IMG/VR virus record: IMGVR_UViG_3300048582_000047
Span: 1-53,164 of that record
Strand: one strand, 5' to 3'
Origin: a virus
Lineage: Duplodnaviria > Caudoviricetes
DNA: 53,164 bases
Part shown: piece by piece, positions 1-7,766 of the stretch
Layout: the number at the start of each line of letters is the position of its first letter
How positions within the stretch are numbered: the first letter of the stretch is position 1
The notes under the pieces: generated by a model
Seen by the model: the letters and a program-made list of their open reading frames with translations, nothing else
The model's database searches: none
What the model was told of the DNA's origin: nothing
Position numbers and translations under genes: made by a program

Positions 1-480
1 ACCACCGCACCCCGAATCACCCCGTCATAATCCCAAGGGGCCCCATCACATCCTGGTTGTGTTGTCAAGGGGAAAGCGCATAGCTGCGTGCGTATTATGT
101 GATCACATGGTATTAATGCAACAGTATATGGGATCACATGAGTCCAGATAGGACTGTTGCACCAGGGTAACACAACATTAGAAACTTGCGCTAAGGTGTT
201 ATTTTACTTGACAAATTAGAAATAGGCGAGTGATTCGGTTAGCAATAACTGGCTATCTATACACTGTCAACATGGGGTATCTGGACTCATATAGTCTAGC
301 TGGACAACAGACTAACACCATTGAATCTCAAGGCTATTGCACCATAGCCCTACAGAGCCAGAGAGGGCCACCAGATGGCCACTAGCATAGGCCAGGCTAC
401 CCCCATACCCTGTAAACGTAGACCCTATCTATTGCCCCTCTTTTGATACATAGTCCCATATCGCACCATATACGATAGGG

Positions 481-506
481 AAAAGAAAAGGACGCCTAAG
501 CGTCCT
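481..506 (-). terminator. Intrinsic terminator of leftward early operon
   Basis: Minus strand AGGACGC-TTAG-GCGTCCT followed by TTTCTTTT. Confidence 0.8.
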
Positions 507-530
507 AATCAGTAGATCAAGCTGGAAAGG

Positions 531-704
531 CTATTGCCCTAGTGTATCCAAGGCGGATACCTCACACGTCACGCCATTGCCTTCAGTCATGCCCAGCGAC
601 AGGCTATCGGCAATCTCGACACAATCGCCCCAAGACTCATAGGCGGCAATCTCTATTGGCAAGCCTTGAACGGGGTAGAATACCAGAATCCATACTTTGA
701 GCAT
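531..704 (-). CDS. Small hypothetical early protein (MLKVWILVFY..., 57 aa)
   Basis: ATG at 704 follows AAAGGA and the upstream stop; a diverged allele with an intact frame lies at 52951-53124. Confidence 0.7.
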   Translation of the reverse strand: MLKVWILVFYPVQGLPIEIAAYESWGDCVEIADSLSLGMTEGNGVTCEVSALDTLGQ

Positions 705-705
705 C

Positions 706-852
706 TCAGAGTCCTTTCCAGTAAGAGGCAACACAGACAGACACAAGCAAAGCCAGACCGACAACGATAGCGCCAATCGTAACGCTATCAGGCGCAGTTA
801 GCGCAGTATCTACAAGGCAAGCTACGTTATCCCAAGCGCAGACAGTTTTCAT
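706..852 (-). CDS. Small membrane peptide (MKTVCAWDNV...VTIGAIVVGLALLVSVCVASYWKGL, 48 aa)
   Basis: Not in ORF track; manual translation, GAAGGGA RBS, one hydrophobic helix. Confidence 0.65.
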   Translation of the reverse strand: MKTVCAWDNVACLVDTALTAPDSVTIGAIVVGLALLVSVCVASYWKGL

Positions 853-872
853 GATTCATTCCCTTCAAGGTT

Positions 873-930
873 AAAGCCGTTTATCAATGGCGCTAGATCA
901 CTAGAACCTAGCGCCACAGGAAACAGCCTT
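873..930 (-). promoter_or_regulatory. Long hairpin, candidate RNase III processing site
   Basis: 10-bp lower stem, 4/5 internal loop, 11-bp upper stem, between early genes. Confidence 0.55.
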
Positions 931-1277
931 TAGGGTGCAAGCTGAACGGGATCAACCTTAGCCTTGCGACCACGCGGGCCAGGGATAGGACGCGGAGTCA
1001 CGCTGGCATTGCCTTCGTAGTAGAAGGCTTTGTCGCCATTGCGTTCAGCGTAGGTGACTGCCTGTGTTTGTGCGGCGATGTAGTCAACAGCACGTCCGGC
1101 CCATTGCGTAACAGTTCCATCCGCCATAATCACGGCGAAGGCGAACATGGGCAAACTGGACTCTTGGGCTTTCTTGGCCTTATCGGCTTCCCGTGCTTTC
1201 GCCAGCAAAGCTGCAAGTTCAGCGACAGACAGAGTCGAAATGTCCAGAGCGGAGGCGGTATCTTGAGTCTTAGTCAT
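930..1277 (-). CDS. Early protein with H-NS/HvrA-like N-terminal helix
   Basis: LDISTLSVAELAALLAKARE resembles alphaproteobacterial H-NS N-termini; C-terminal PRGRK; AAGGA RBS. Confidence 0.5.
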   Translation of the reverse strand: MTKTQDTASALDISTLSVAELAALLAKAREADKAKKAQESSLPMFAFAVIMADGTVTQWAGRAVDYIAAQTQAVTYAERNGDKAFYYEGNASVTPRPIPGPRGRKAKVDPVQLAP

Positions 1278-1297
1278 TGTCTTGATTCCTTGTGTTA

Positions 1298-1341
1298 GGG
1301 GCTAGTCATTCTGACTGCCTATAGACAGCCGAAGGCTAGTC
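1298..1341 (-). other. Double-hairpin element, copy A
   Basis: GACTAGCC-TTC-GGCTGTC TATA GGC A GTC-AGAAT-GAC TA GCC CC. Confidence 0.75.
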
Positions 1342-1386
1342 AGTTGGGTTGATTCGTCTTAGTAGGATCACCCTACAGGAAAGGAC

Positions 1387-1602
1387 TCATACAGTCAACA
1401 GGGAAAACTTAGTCCAAACCTGTTGACCTTTGTTCTTTAGCGTAGGGTCAAAGCCTTCGGCCAGGTTGACAATGACAACAGGGAATCCCCCCTTTTCCAT
1501 ATCAGCTTGATAGGACTCCGCTTGTGCCAGGGTCATCATGGGACCGATATAGCGCCGATTGCCATAAGCGCCGATAACTGCCAGGCGATACGTTTTAACC
1601 AT
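1387..1602 (-). CDS. Hypothetical early protein
   Basis: 71-aa ORF in operon order, purine-rich RBS. Confidence 0.7.
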   Translation of the reverse strand: MVKTYRLAVIGAYGNRRYIGPMMTLAQAESYQADMEKGGFPVVIVNLAEGFDPTLKNKGQQVWTKFSLLTV

Positions 1603-1635
1603 TGTTCTACTCTCTTTCTGTTGTGTTAGGTTGAT

Positions 1636-3093
1636 TTAGATGCAAGCCAATTCAGGCGTTATGTCTAGCAATTCCAGGAAATCGGGCAGTCTTTCCGGTT
1701 CCCCTTGGGCGTTAATCTGGTAGTTATCGCGCAGCGTCCTTTCTTTTGTTGTGACAAAGGCAAGATAGGGAGTCGGACTCCTTTCTTCCATCTTAATCCA
1801 TTGCAGAGTCGTTGTCGTTTTCACTTGATAAGCTATGTCAGCCTTTTCTTTAGCCTCAATAGCCTCTTTAAATTCATCGGAGTCTTCGTGATAGTATTCC
1901 CCTTCAAAATAAGTTACGTCACAATGACTCTGGTGATAGTAATCCCCATTGTAATAAACACACTCAGACTCAAGCTGATACTCGCAATCTACATCAAGGA
2001 TATATCCATTTCTGTCCAAGTATCTTTCTGTTGCAATATCACCGTTTCCAGTTGTATAAGCTTCATCCTGTCGGATATATGAGTCCATCAATTCGGAATA
2101 AATATAGTCGTTTGACAAGCAACATTGACAAACACAATTCCCAGAATCCACTTGGGTCAATTCTTCGGAAGTATACCCCTCACAAAACTCGCAATAGTTT
2201 TGTGGTTCAACATAAATAAAGCCTTCAGTTGAACGGCAGCGAATGTTACCGTCGCCTAGTATGAAATAATCCCCAATATCTTCGCAAAATTCGCAATCGT
2301 CCAAGTAGGGCATAAGATACCCTCCGGGGTGGTCAATCTTTCTGATTTTAGCGCCATCAATTCCTTTACTTGTGAATCCTTTTTCTCTAAGGTAATTCAC
2401 AAGTAACTCTGTTGCAGTATCATCCGCTGTATAAATATCAGAAAATCTTTTCTTATCGGGGTATGTAAGGACTCTAGCGCCGATAGTGTCTTTTCCTACC
2501 TGTTTAGCATATACAATTTCAATATCGCCCGCAGCATATACAATTGCCGGATGCTGGGTTGGCTTAGGGAAGTAATACCCTCTCATGCAAGATGAATCCA
2601 GTCTTTTGACGTAGCAATCAAATCCAAAACTGGAAAAGGATGGACTCCTTTTTGGCGTATGTTGTTCCTGATAAGCGAAGCGGAAAGACTCTTCATCCTT
2701 CCCCGTATGCAATTCAAACTCAACAGGTAGGAATTCTGCCTTCAGCTCAGACACACAAGACTCAATTCTGGCATCCGTCATCCAAGGAAAGATTTTCTTG
2801 AGGTATTTACCAGCTTTCATGGTTTGGGGTCGATTGCGATAAATATCAAGAATCGAAGTAAATCCCGTAATCATTCCGTCTTTATAATTTGGACGCAAAG
2901 CGTTACTAAGGGAATCAAAGACCTCAGTTGTAAAATCAGCTAATTCTACGTTATAAGGTCCAAATTGTTTTATATTGTTGTCAATTACGAAGTAGTAAAA
3001 GTCACGGCTAGCCATATAGCAATCCGATTCGGATTTAGAAAACACAAGAGCTTTATTTGCCGCTTTAATATGCTCAGGGATTTGAGACTCCAT
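1636..3093 (-). CDS. SCM-motif phage protein with Cys-rich C-terminal region (paralog of 8500-9408)
   Basis: 485 aa; DSSCMR...HPAIVYAAGD...ARVL...YLMPYLD, then CEFC/CQCC motifs. Confidence 0.8.
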   Translation of the reverse strand: MESQIPEHIKAANKALVFSKSESDCYMASRDFYYFVIDNNIKQFGPYNVELADFTTEVFDSLSNALRPNYKDGMITGFTSILDIYRNRPQTMKAGKYLKKIFPWMTDARIESCVSELKAEFLPVEFELHTGKDEESFRFAYQEQHTPKRSPSFSSFGFDCYVKRLDSSCMRGYYFPKPTQHPAIVYAAGDIEIVYAKQVGKDTIGARVLTYPDKKRFSDIYTADDTATELLVNYLREKGFTSKGIDGAKIRKIDHPGGYLMPYLDDCEFCEDIGDYFILGDGNIRCRSTEGFIYVEPQNYCEFCEGYTSEELTQVDSGNCVCQCCLSNDYIYSELMDSYIRQDEAYTTGNGDIATERYLDRNGYILDVDCEYQLESECVYYNGDYYHQSHCDVTYFEGEYYHEDSDEFKEAIEAKEKADIAYQVKTTTTLQWIKMEERSPTPYLAFVTTKERTLRDNYQINAQGEPERLPDFLELLDITPELACI

Positions 3094-3844
3094 AGCGCCG
3101 ACTCCATGCTAGGGCGATTCGTTACCCATACATAAGGCACACAAGCTGGACACTCTGGCAAGTGTGATAAGTCTGCAACCTTTCCAGGATTTCTACAGAT
3201 CAATCAAGATTCCCTATTGACATTTGCAAGTGCCAGGTTCACGCGCATGTGTGATTCCTTTGGAGTCAGCTTGACGCTGTGTCAGCTAGTGACCCATCAC
3301 GAATTGTTACAGGGCTTGCATGTTCCAGGATTTGCGCTTATATTGATTCGTATGAACCCGGCGTGACCGGGCAGGGGTCGCTTCTCGACTCGCAAAAAAC
3401 AACGAGAATGGGCAAGTGCGAATCAGTCCACTTCGGTCCTAATTTACTGTTTTTCACTTAGTCAACCGATTCTTTATACTGTTTCACTCAAATCACAATC
3501 GGGTGAAGTAACAAAACTTTATACGCCTATGTTTTAGGCGCTAGTAACGCAATGTTACAATAACCAAAACAGTCTGAAATAATGTGACGCTGCATTGCGG
3601 CACAAGACACAATATCTAGTGTGTTATCCTAGCGAATCACATACGAAAAACCCGATTTGCCCGCCAACCTGTCAAGCAGATTTGTTCTGTATCAGAGTGA
3701 CCGAAAGCGCCTAACCGCTTGCTAGGGCCGTTCCAGCTTGTCTAAAGGCCATGTGTCTTAATTATCACACAAATGTTGCTCCAGGGTCACACCTGCTGCG
3801 GTGCGGCATAAAAACGCACGGTCAAAAGCTTTTACAGGCAATTA

Positions 3845-3946
3845 CCCCACGAGGGAAATGAGCACCCCCACGAGGGAAATGTTCGCCTGCTGCCCCGCGC
3901 TATAGTTACCCCACCGAGGGGAATGAGCAGGGCCATAGGGGAAATG
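3845..3946 (+). repeat. Four copies of CCCCACGAGGGAAATG-like repeat
   Basis: Copies at 3845-3860 and 3866-3881 (identical), 3909-3925 and 3933-3946. Confidence 0.9.
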
Positions 3947-4022
3947 TTCGTCAAACTGAAACACTATGTTTCCATGTGTGTGATTGTGATAAAATTACAA
4001 CAGTTTCTCTTGTCGATTGTGT

Positions 4023-4051
4023 TTGACGAATCACCTGTGACCGTGTATACA
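4023..4051 (+). promoter_or_regulatory. sigma70-type promoter with overlapping GANTC site
   Basis: TTGACG-17 nt-TATACA; CGAATCA at 4027-4033. Confidence 0.75.
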
Positions 4052-4083
4052 GAATACAACGAAACGCAAAAGGAATTACGCAA

Positions 4084-4284
4084 ATGCCTAAGTATTCTAA
4101 GCAGACTTACGAAATGGTTGCTGCAAGCATCTACTCTACCTTTCTGTCCGCAGAAAGCTTTGGACACCCAACTACAATCAAACACCTAGAAAACCTATCA
4201 GAAGATTTGTCAAGCAAGTTTGCAGACAATAATCCCAACTTTAAGCGTGATTTGTTTATGAAAGCTTGTGGTTTTATTGGGTAG
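4084..4284 (+). CDS. Hypothetical early protein
   Basis: AAAGGA RBS; C-terminal DNNPNFKRDLFMKACG motif recurrent in phage early proteins. Confidence 0.8.
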   Translation: MPKYSKQTYEMVAASIYSTFLSAESFGHPTTIKHLENLSEDLSSKFADNNPNFKRDLFMKACGFIG

Positions 4285-4398
4285 TCAGAAAAAAGACAAA
4301 GCCAAGTTTTTGTAGGAATTTTTGTCAGTTACAACTCGTCAGAAAAAAGTCAAACCAAAAGGGGTCCCATTTCGAGGGACGAGAAAGGGTTTACCACA

Positions 4399-4665
4399 GT
4401 GATCGAACAAACAATCCTGTTGTCTAGTGCATGGAAAGACTGGTTGGAAATCCGTCCACACTTTTCCTTGCGCTTTGGTCAATACTTCATCAATCAACAC
4501 ACGGAAGGATACACTAACGCAAGCGTCTTCTATGAAACTGACCCTGAAAAAGCTTATACAGAACTTCTGTGGGAAATTTGTTCAGGTCAACTCGACGGAA
4601 AACTTGTTGACACGAGGGGTCCCACAGGGTATAGTAGTGAAACGAATCAAACAGGAGGCGCATAA
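4399..4665 (+). CDS. Hypothetical protein
   Basis: 88 aa with LRFGQYF motif; GAAAGGG RBS. Confidence 0.7.
   Translation: MIEQTILLSSAWKDWLEIRPHFSLRFGQYFINQHTEGYTNASVFYETDPEKAYTELLWEICSGQLDGKLVDTRGPTGYSSETNQTGGA
4607..4635 (+). promoter_or_regulatory. sigma70-type promoter
   Basis: TTGACA-17 nt-TATAGT. Confidence 0.85.
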
Positions 4666-4699
4666 ACGCAAATCCACAAGAAATATAAGGAGAACTAAT

Positions 4700-5695
4700 A
4701 TGGCTGGCCGTAATTACGATCTTGCTGAAATGTTGACTTATAAGCGGCCAGATGGTTCCAAGTATCAGACTAAATTCTGCAATCGCTATCTTCGCCCCGT
4801 TATGGGTGAACCTGACCTTTTTGGTAACTATGTCAAGATCATAGGCCACAAACCTAATGTAGCCTTCATGGCTCACCACGACACAGTTCATAAGGATTCA
4901 GGTAAGCAGATTGTTGTCCGTGAAGGTAATTTCTACAAAGCACACCACACGTCTAACTGCCTAGGTGCTGACTGCACTACTGGCGTCTATATCATTCTCA
5001 AAATGATCGAGGCTAAAGTTCCAGGTGTTTATGTTGTTCACGGTGCAGAAGAAATTGGTTGTATTGGTGCTGCTGGTATGGTTGCATCTAATCCTGACTG
5101 GATTTCTCATGTAGATTTTGCCATCAGCTTTGACCGTAAAGGTTATGACTCAATTATCACTCACCAGTTGAGTGAGCGCACTTGCTCTGAGGATTTTGCA
5201 GACAGTCTTGCAAATATTCTTGACATGGATTACAAAGCAGACGCTAGTGGTGTTTACACTGACTCTAATGAGTATCGTTCTGTTATTGCAGAGTGCACTA
5301 ATCTTTCTGTTGGTTACTTTTGCCAGCACACCAAAGCAGAGACGCAAGACATCAACTTTGTCGAAATGCTGATTGACCAACTTATCAAAGCTGACTGGTC
5401 TTCTCTTGTTGTCGCTCGTGATCCGTCTGTTACTGAGAAAACCTATAGTAGTCGTAACTGGTGGCATGACAAGTGGGATTACGAGGATAACTCCAAATCT
5501 TACTACAGCGGTCCTAAAGAAGTTCACCGTATGATTGATCCAGAACACAAAGATATGGAGGATATGGTAGACCTTATCAAGAACAATCCAGTAGAGATTG
5601 CTAGGTTGCTCAAAGATATTGGTTACGATGCTTACGACCTTGTTGACGAAGTGTATAACTATAAGAGGAATCCTGACGATGAAGCCGGTTTCTGA
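4700..5695 (+). CDS. Zn-dependent M28/M20-like peptidase
   Basis: AHHDTV, LGADCTTG, AEEIGCIG, ISFDR, NLSVGY..QHT motifs; start moved to ATG 4700 after AAGGAG. Confidence 0.85.
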   Translation: MAGRNYDLAEMLTYKRPDGSKYQTKFCNRYLRPVMGEPDLFGNYVKIIGHKPNVAFMAHHDTVHKDSGKQIVVREGNFYKAHHTSNCLGADCTTGVYIILKMIEAKVPGVYVVHGAEEIGCIGAAGMVASNPDWISHVDFAISFDRKGYDSIITHQLSERTCSEDFADSLANILDMDYKADASGVYTDSNEYRSVIAECTNLSVGYFCQHTKAETQDINFVEMLIDQLIKADWSSLVVARDPSVTEKTYSSRNWWHDKWDYEDNSKSYYSGPKEVHRMIDPEHKDMEDMVDLIKNNPVEIARLLKDIGYDAYDLVDEVYNYKRNPDDEAGF

Positions 5696-5816
5696 AAATT
5701 TTCGTCAGTTCCGAGGGGGGCCTAGCATCTACCGTCAGGGGGGTCCCATGTCGATTCCCCTTGACGAATCACTGATCGACATGCTAGAAGACTGTATCAA
5801 CTCAGGAGAGCAATCG

Positions 5817-6056
5817 ATGTTCAACCCTCTGACTGTAGGCCGCAACAAGTTCACTGTCGAAGTTACCAAGCAAGACGGTAGCTTTGGCACTATTACTGGT
5901 AAACTGTTCGCTGACAACTTTACTGGTTCTGACAACGAAGTCCTGGCTTATACACTTGAACTTCTAGAGAAAGACCTTGTGCCAGTCTATACCGACAAAG
6001 GTTGGCGCTCTTTCTACCAGACTAAAGTTGTGTCGTTCAAATTCGGGGATAACTGA
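5817..6056 (+). CDS. Small WYL/SH3-like protein
   Basis: TKQDGS...KGWRSF; start at ATG 5817 after AGGAG; TTGACG at 5761 upstream. Confidence 0.6.
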   Translation: MFNPLTVGRNKFTVEVTKQDGSFGTITGKLFADNFTGSDNEVLAYTLELLEKDLVPVYTDKGWRSFYQTKVVSFKFGDN

Positions 6057-6226
6057 TGTTTCATGATGACTTTCTTATCGGCTTGGTGTTAGGTCTTGTT
6101 GTTGGTATTACAGTAATAGGTATCGTAAGTAATGCTGTGTGGCGGTCTGACTTGGTTACTCGCGGGTTGGCTATCTACTGCCCGCTTGATGGAAACTTTG
6201 CTTTTATTGGAGAATGTGACAAATGA
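6056..6226 (+). CDS. Small membrane protein (56 aa)
   Basis: Manual translation MFHDDFLIGLVLGLVVGITVIGIV..., coupled by TGATG/ATGA overlaps. Confidence 0.65.
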   Translation: MFHDDFLIGLVLGLVVGITVIGIVSNAVWRSDLVTRGLAIYCPLDGNFAFIGECDK

Positions 6227-6417
6227 TCGAAGTAGGTAAAAGCTACAAAACCCTTGAGGGTAATTTCACTTGTATTGCTGTTGATGATGAATTTGCTTAT
6301 ATGCAAAGTGAGAAAGGTCTTACGGCTTATGCTTGGTATCTTGACGGAACTGCTCGCAGCCTTCCTAGTGAATATAACTTGTTTAAGCAAACTGTATTTG
6401 TAGAGGTAGATAAATGA
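6223..6417 (+). CDS. Hypothetical protein
   Basis: 64 aa, ATGA-coupled; IEVGKSYKT motif. Confidence 0.7.
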   Translation: MIEVGKSYKTLEGNFTCIAVDDEFAYMQSEKGLTAYAWYLDGTARSLPSEYNLFKQTVFVEVDK

Positions 6418-6650
6418 CTGTGGATATTACCCTTGAAAACGTGGCGCGGATGGCAAAAAGCCTTCGTGATCCTTTCTGCCACAATGAAGAACTGTGCGAC
6501 GAAGCCGCCGACATGCTGCCTGTGCTGACGGCGCGTCAGATCATCGAACGCCGGTTGGGCCGGTCGCTTGGACCCATTGAAACCATGCCCCGCGACGAGC
6601 GCGACGCGCTGCGGAAGCTGGGGCTGCAACTTGTGAAGGTGAGGGGATGA
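6414..6650 (+). CDS. Hypothetical protein, GC-rich island
   Basis: ATGA overlap; N-terminus TLENVARM. Confidence 0.7.
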   Translation: MTVDITLENVARMAKSLRDPFCHNEELCDEAADMLPVLTARQIIERRLGRSLGPIETMPRDERDALRKLGLQLVKVRG

Positions 6651-6889
6651 CTAACTTTCGCTTTAAGCGCGTTATGCGCTACGACGAAATCCAGGGCCAC
6701 TATCGACTTTTCCGCGTAATGTGGGAGACCGGCACTGTGGGAGAAGGCGCTGGACACAGCAATATGGTTTCAGTCGCGTTTCAGCCCACTCTTTTCCAAT
6801 ACAATAGGTTGTCCGCGTTTTCGTGGCGTTTGGTTTTTTGCGGCATCCGCATCCACCGCAAGCGCAGCTTTGTGGGGATTTTTGCATGA
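6647..6889 (+). CDS. Hypothetical protein, GC-rich island
   Basis: ATGA overlaps at both ends; GAGGGG RBS. Confidence 0.65.
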   Translation: MTNFRFKRVMRYDEIQGHYRLFRVMWETGTVGEGAGHSNMVSVAFQPTLFQYNRLSAFSWRLVFCGIRIHRKRSFVGIFA

Positions 6890-7368
6890 CCGACACCAGC
6901 CCCGAGAACGTGGCGCGGATGCTGGACGGCGTCACGCCGGGGCCTTGGAAGTGCTGCGAGACGACTATCCACGGCATCAAGTATGGCGGATGTTGGGTTG
7001 AGGGGCCTGCCGTTGACGAGGGCGATGGGATGCCGCGTGGCCTGCCGATCCCGATTAGCGGCAGCGGCGGGGCAATGTCCTACACCACGCGGCTTGTGGA
7101 CATTCAGGTCCACGACCACACCGACGCCAACGCCCGCTTCATCGCCTACGCCCGAGAAGCCCTGCCAGCCCTCGCCGCAGAGCGTGACGCCCTCGCCGAG
7201 GACGTGTCCACATATCAGCGCATGGTGCTGGACATGACGGCGGAGAATGAAGCCCTTGACGCCAGACTGGCCGAGGTGGAAGCGGAACGGGATTTGTTCC
7301 GTGTCCGCGAAGAACTGCGCGATCTACTTTGGCCGCCCGACACCGCCCTTGAAGGAGACAAGTCATGA
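6886..7368 (+). CDS. Ead/Ea22-like protein
   Basis: TPGPW ... DANARFIAYARE plus coiled coil; start reassigned to ATG 6886. Confidence 0.75.
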   Translation: MTDTSPENVARMLDGVTPGPWKCCETTIHGIKYGGCWVEGPAVDEGDGMPRGLPIPISGSGGAMSYTTRLVDIQVHDHTDANARFIAYAREALPALAAERDALAEDVSTYQRMVLDMTAENEALDARLAEVEAERDLFRVREELRDLLWPPDTALEGDKS

Positions 7369-7607
7369 CCAATATAATTAACCTAAACGATAGACGCCCT
7401 AAACCTCCTGACCCTTGGCGACATGCACAACCTTTTCTTGTTGATAAGGGTGATAGAGAAGAACTTTGGTCACACCCTTACTTTGGCATTAGCCTTATGA
7501 TTTGGGCAACTGGTAGTAATGATGTGCCAGAACCACCAACTACAGGTGGAACACCTAGAGCGGCAAACGTGGCAACTTATCAACGATTGAGGGCTGTAGC
7601 AGCATGA
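7365..7607 (+). CDS. Hypothetical protein
   Basis: AAGGAG RBS, ATGA overlap. Confidence 0.7.
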   Translation: MTNIINLNDRRPKPPDPWRHAQPFLVDKGDREELWSHPYFGISLMIWATGSNDVPEPPTTGGTPRAANVATYQRLRAVAA

Positions 7608-7766
7608 TTCCATATGATCCAGAAGAGGTATTCACTTGCTCTGACTGTGGCAAAGTAGCTAAAGTATACTACCAGTCTAACAACAACCAGGATATTTGTG
7701 TATCCTGTGATACAGAGGATGATTATGACGACAGTTACTACGAAGATGATTCAGATTCACCTTGGA

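Larger units (their letters stand above)
1..744. repeat. Left copy of diverged terminal direct repeat (partner 52385-53164)
   Basis: Colinear similarity from base 1 (ACCACC..CGAATCACCCCGTCA) to 744; 618-744 is identical to 53038-53164. Confidence 0.95.

Noticed and set aside
1298-1341. Double-hairpin element as terminator or hammerhead ribozyme
   Set aside because: No U-tract after any copy and no CUGANGA/GAAA core; other ribozyme classes not excluded without a covariance search
3845-3946. Possible mini CRISPR array
   Set aside because: Repeats are 14-17 nt with 5-27 nt irregular gaps; no cas genes
3094-4083. Short ORFs in the divergent gap (2985-3203, 3279-3461, 3923-4189, 3964-4185)
   Set aside because: No RBS, atypical composition, and they overlap repeats and promoter motifs; region treated as regulatory
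4427-4699. ORF-track N-terminal extensions (also 705-776, 5598-5816, 6823-6885, 49748-49792, 40316-40348)
   Set aside because: They overlap other genes, promoters or a tRNA; better RBS-linked or coupled starts lie downstream
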